From Vicugna vicugna (lineage: Eukaryota): DNA of 64,000 nucleotides. The position numbers and the translations under genes are program-made. The DNA lies in contig MU058781.1 of NCBI GenBank assembly GCA_013265495.1, positions 1-64,000 of the forward strand. The letters run 5' to 3'. The stretch's first letter is position 1. Each line of letters starts with the position of its first letter. A model generated the notes under the pieces. That model searched no databases. It saw only the letters and a program-made list of their open reading frames with translations, and had not been told where the DNA came from. This document shows, one piece after another, positions 62,695-64,000 of the stretch.

Positions 62695-63730
62695 TTTTGT
62701 TTCTTATTACAGAAATTATACACGCTTGCTGTAGAAACAGGATGAGAGAGAGGAAAGTAAACAGTGCCCCTGGTCCCTTCCGTTTATCATCCATTCAGTA
62801 ACAGTTTATTGAGTGCCTGATATATGCTGTACCTATTTTGTGCCTTAATGGGGTTTGTGGTCTATTAGAGATAAGGGGTATTATGCAGATAGTCACAAAA
62901 ATAATTATGTGATTACAGTGGACTTAAATGCTATGGAAACCGAGTCCAGGGTTCTCTGAGGATGGATAACAGGGTGACCTGTTCCAGACTAGGGGGTGGG
63001 GCAGAGTGCTGGGGCATGTGTTTCAGTCTGAGGTCTGCAGGAGAGCCAGGGGGAGGGAGAAAGAGTGGTGAATGGGAGAGAGGCATTCTAGATGGAAGGA
63101 ACTGCAGATGGCCTGGCTCTGAGTCTGGAAAGCCATCAGCATGTTCCTAGAACCAAGGTCCAATGACTGGAGGATGGTGAATGAAAATGAAGTGGCAGAC
63201 AGGAAGTTGGAACTGTAGGTAGGTAGGACCTGGATTACATGGGACCCTTTATATTGTATTAAGGAACTAAAACTATATTACAAGAACAACCAGAGATAAA
63301 GAATACTAATATTTTTGAATCGACTTGGTCTCTCTTGCTCTTTCTCTTTCAGTGATTTTTAGAGGATCGGATATTATATGCTGCTTGGAGACATGCTTTT
63401 CTCACTTTATAATCTATCATTCTGTAGTTACTAAACGTTCTTCCATGTGTAGTTTTTTGTTGTTGCTAATTAGTTTCATTATATCAATTTTTCATAGTTT
63501 GCTTAGGGACACTCCCATATTGTACTTTGGCATTTGTTACTGTTTTTAGCTATCATTAACACTGATGTGATGGACACTGTGGCAGATAAATATCTGCACA
63601 CATTCATGACTGTTTCTTTAGGAAAAATTCTCAAACGGCACAACAGGCTTGCTCTATCAAAGGAGAAGAACATTTGCAAGCTTTTAATATGAATTGCCAA
63701 ACTGCCTTCCAGAAAGGCTGAAACAGTTAT
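62695..63730 (-). mobile_element. L1ME-type 3' region split by L2
   Basis: ttattacagaaattatacacgcttgctgtagaaa...| ccagagataa...attgccaaactgccttccagaaagg. Confidence 0.65.
62785..63290 (-). mobile_element. L2 3' region
   Basis: catccattcagtaacagtttattgagtgcct...aaatgctatgga...ggcattctagatggaaggaactgcag. Confidence 0.8.
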
Positions 63731-64000
63731 TTTCAGGGTAGTGTAAAAGACCATATGTGGTAACTACACGTTTTGAACGTAAGTTATAGAGATGACTGGA
63801 GGAAATTTTTAGTTTCTACGATACAGATTAGAGTAGTTATTTGCAAGACTAAAATTTACTTGAAGATTCACACTTGATAATTCAGTTTGAGCCATGTCAT
63901 GTGCCTGGAAGGCTATAAAATTCCTGTCTTCCTGTCTAATTGTTTTTAATTGAGAATGACATATCTCCCCTATGATATCATTGTGCAATGATCACTAAAA

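Noticed and set aside
1..64000. ORF-track entries as protein-coding genes
   Set aside because: All are short (142 aa or less); the recognisable ones are L1/L2 fragments, and the rest resemble no protein I know and form no exon chain
1..64000. CRISPR array, prokaryotic operon, NUMT or processed pseudogene
   Set aside because: No regularly spaced repeats, gene-dense segments, mitochondrial-like sequence or intronless gene copy were seen

Overview
This is AT-rich, non-coding placental-mammal DNA (large intron or intergenic), most likely from a camelid (alpaca/llama/camel). The assignment rests on a tRNA-derived Vic-1-type SINE and young L1 3' ends of the camelid/cetartiodactyl type; I saw no Alu, B1/B2, Bov-A/BovB, PRE-1 or CAN-SINE. 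I found no protein-coding gene: the recognisable listed ORFs are L1/L2 fragments, and the rest look like chance ORFs. About half the window is interspersed repeat: old and young L1 (including a near-full-length ancient copy at about 35.2-41.1 kb), L2, L3/CR1, MIR, MaLR/ERVL LTRs and Tigger/hAT fossils, with a heavily nested block at about 12.8-27.3 kb. Repeat-poor stretches hold enhancer-like segments (best at about 9.5-10.0 kb), a strong CTCF motif (28.5 kb) and a few exon-like segments near 54.5-60 kb. I found no convincing novel biological system. Repeat family names come from recalled consensus sequences, not a database search, and boundaries are approximate unless a TSD is given.
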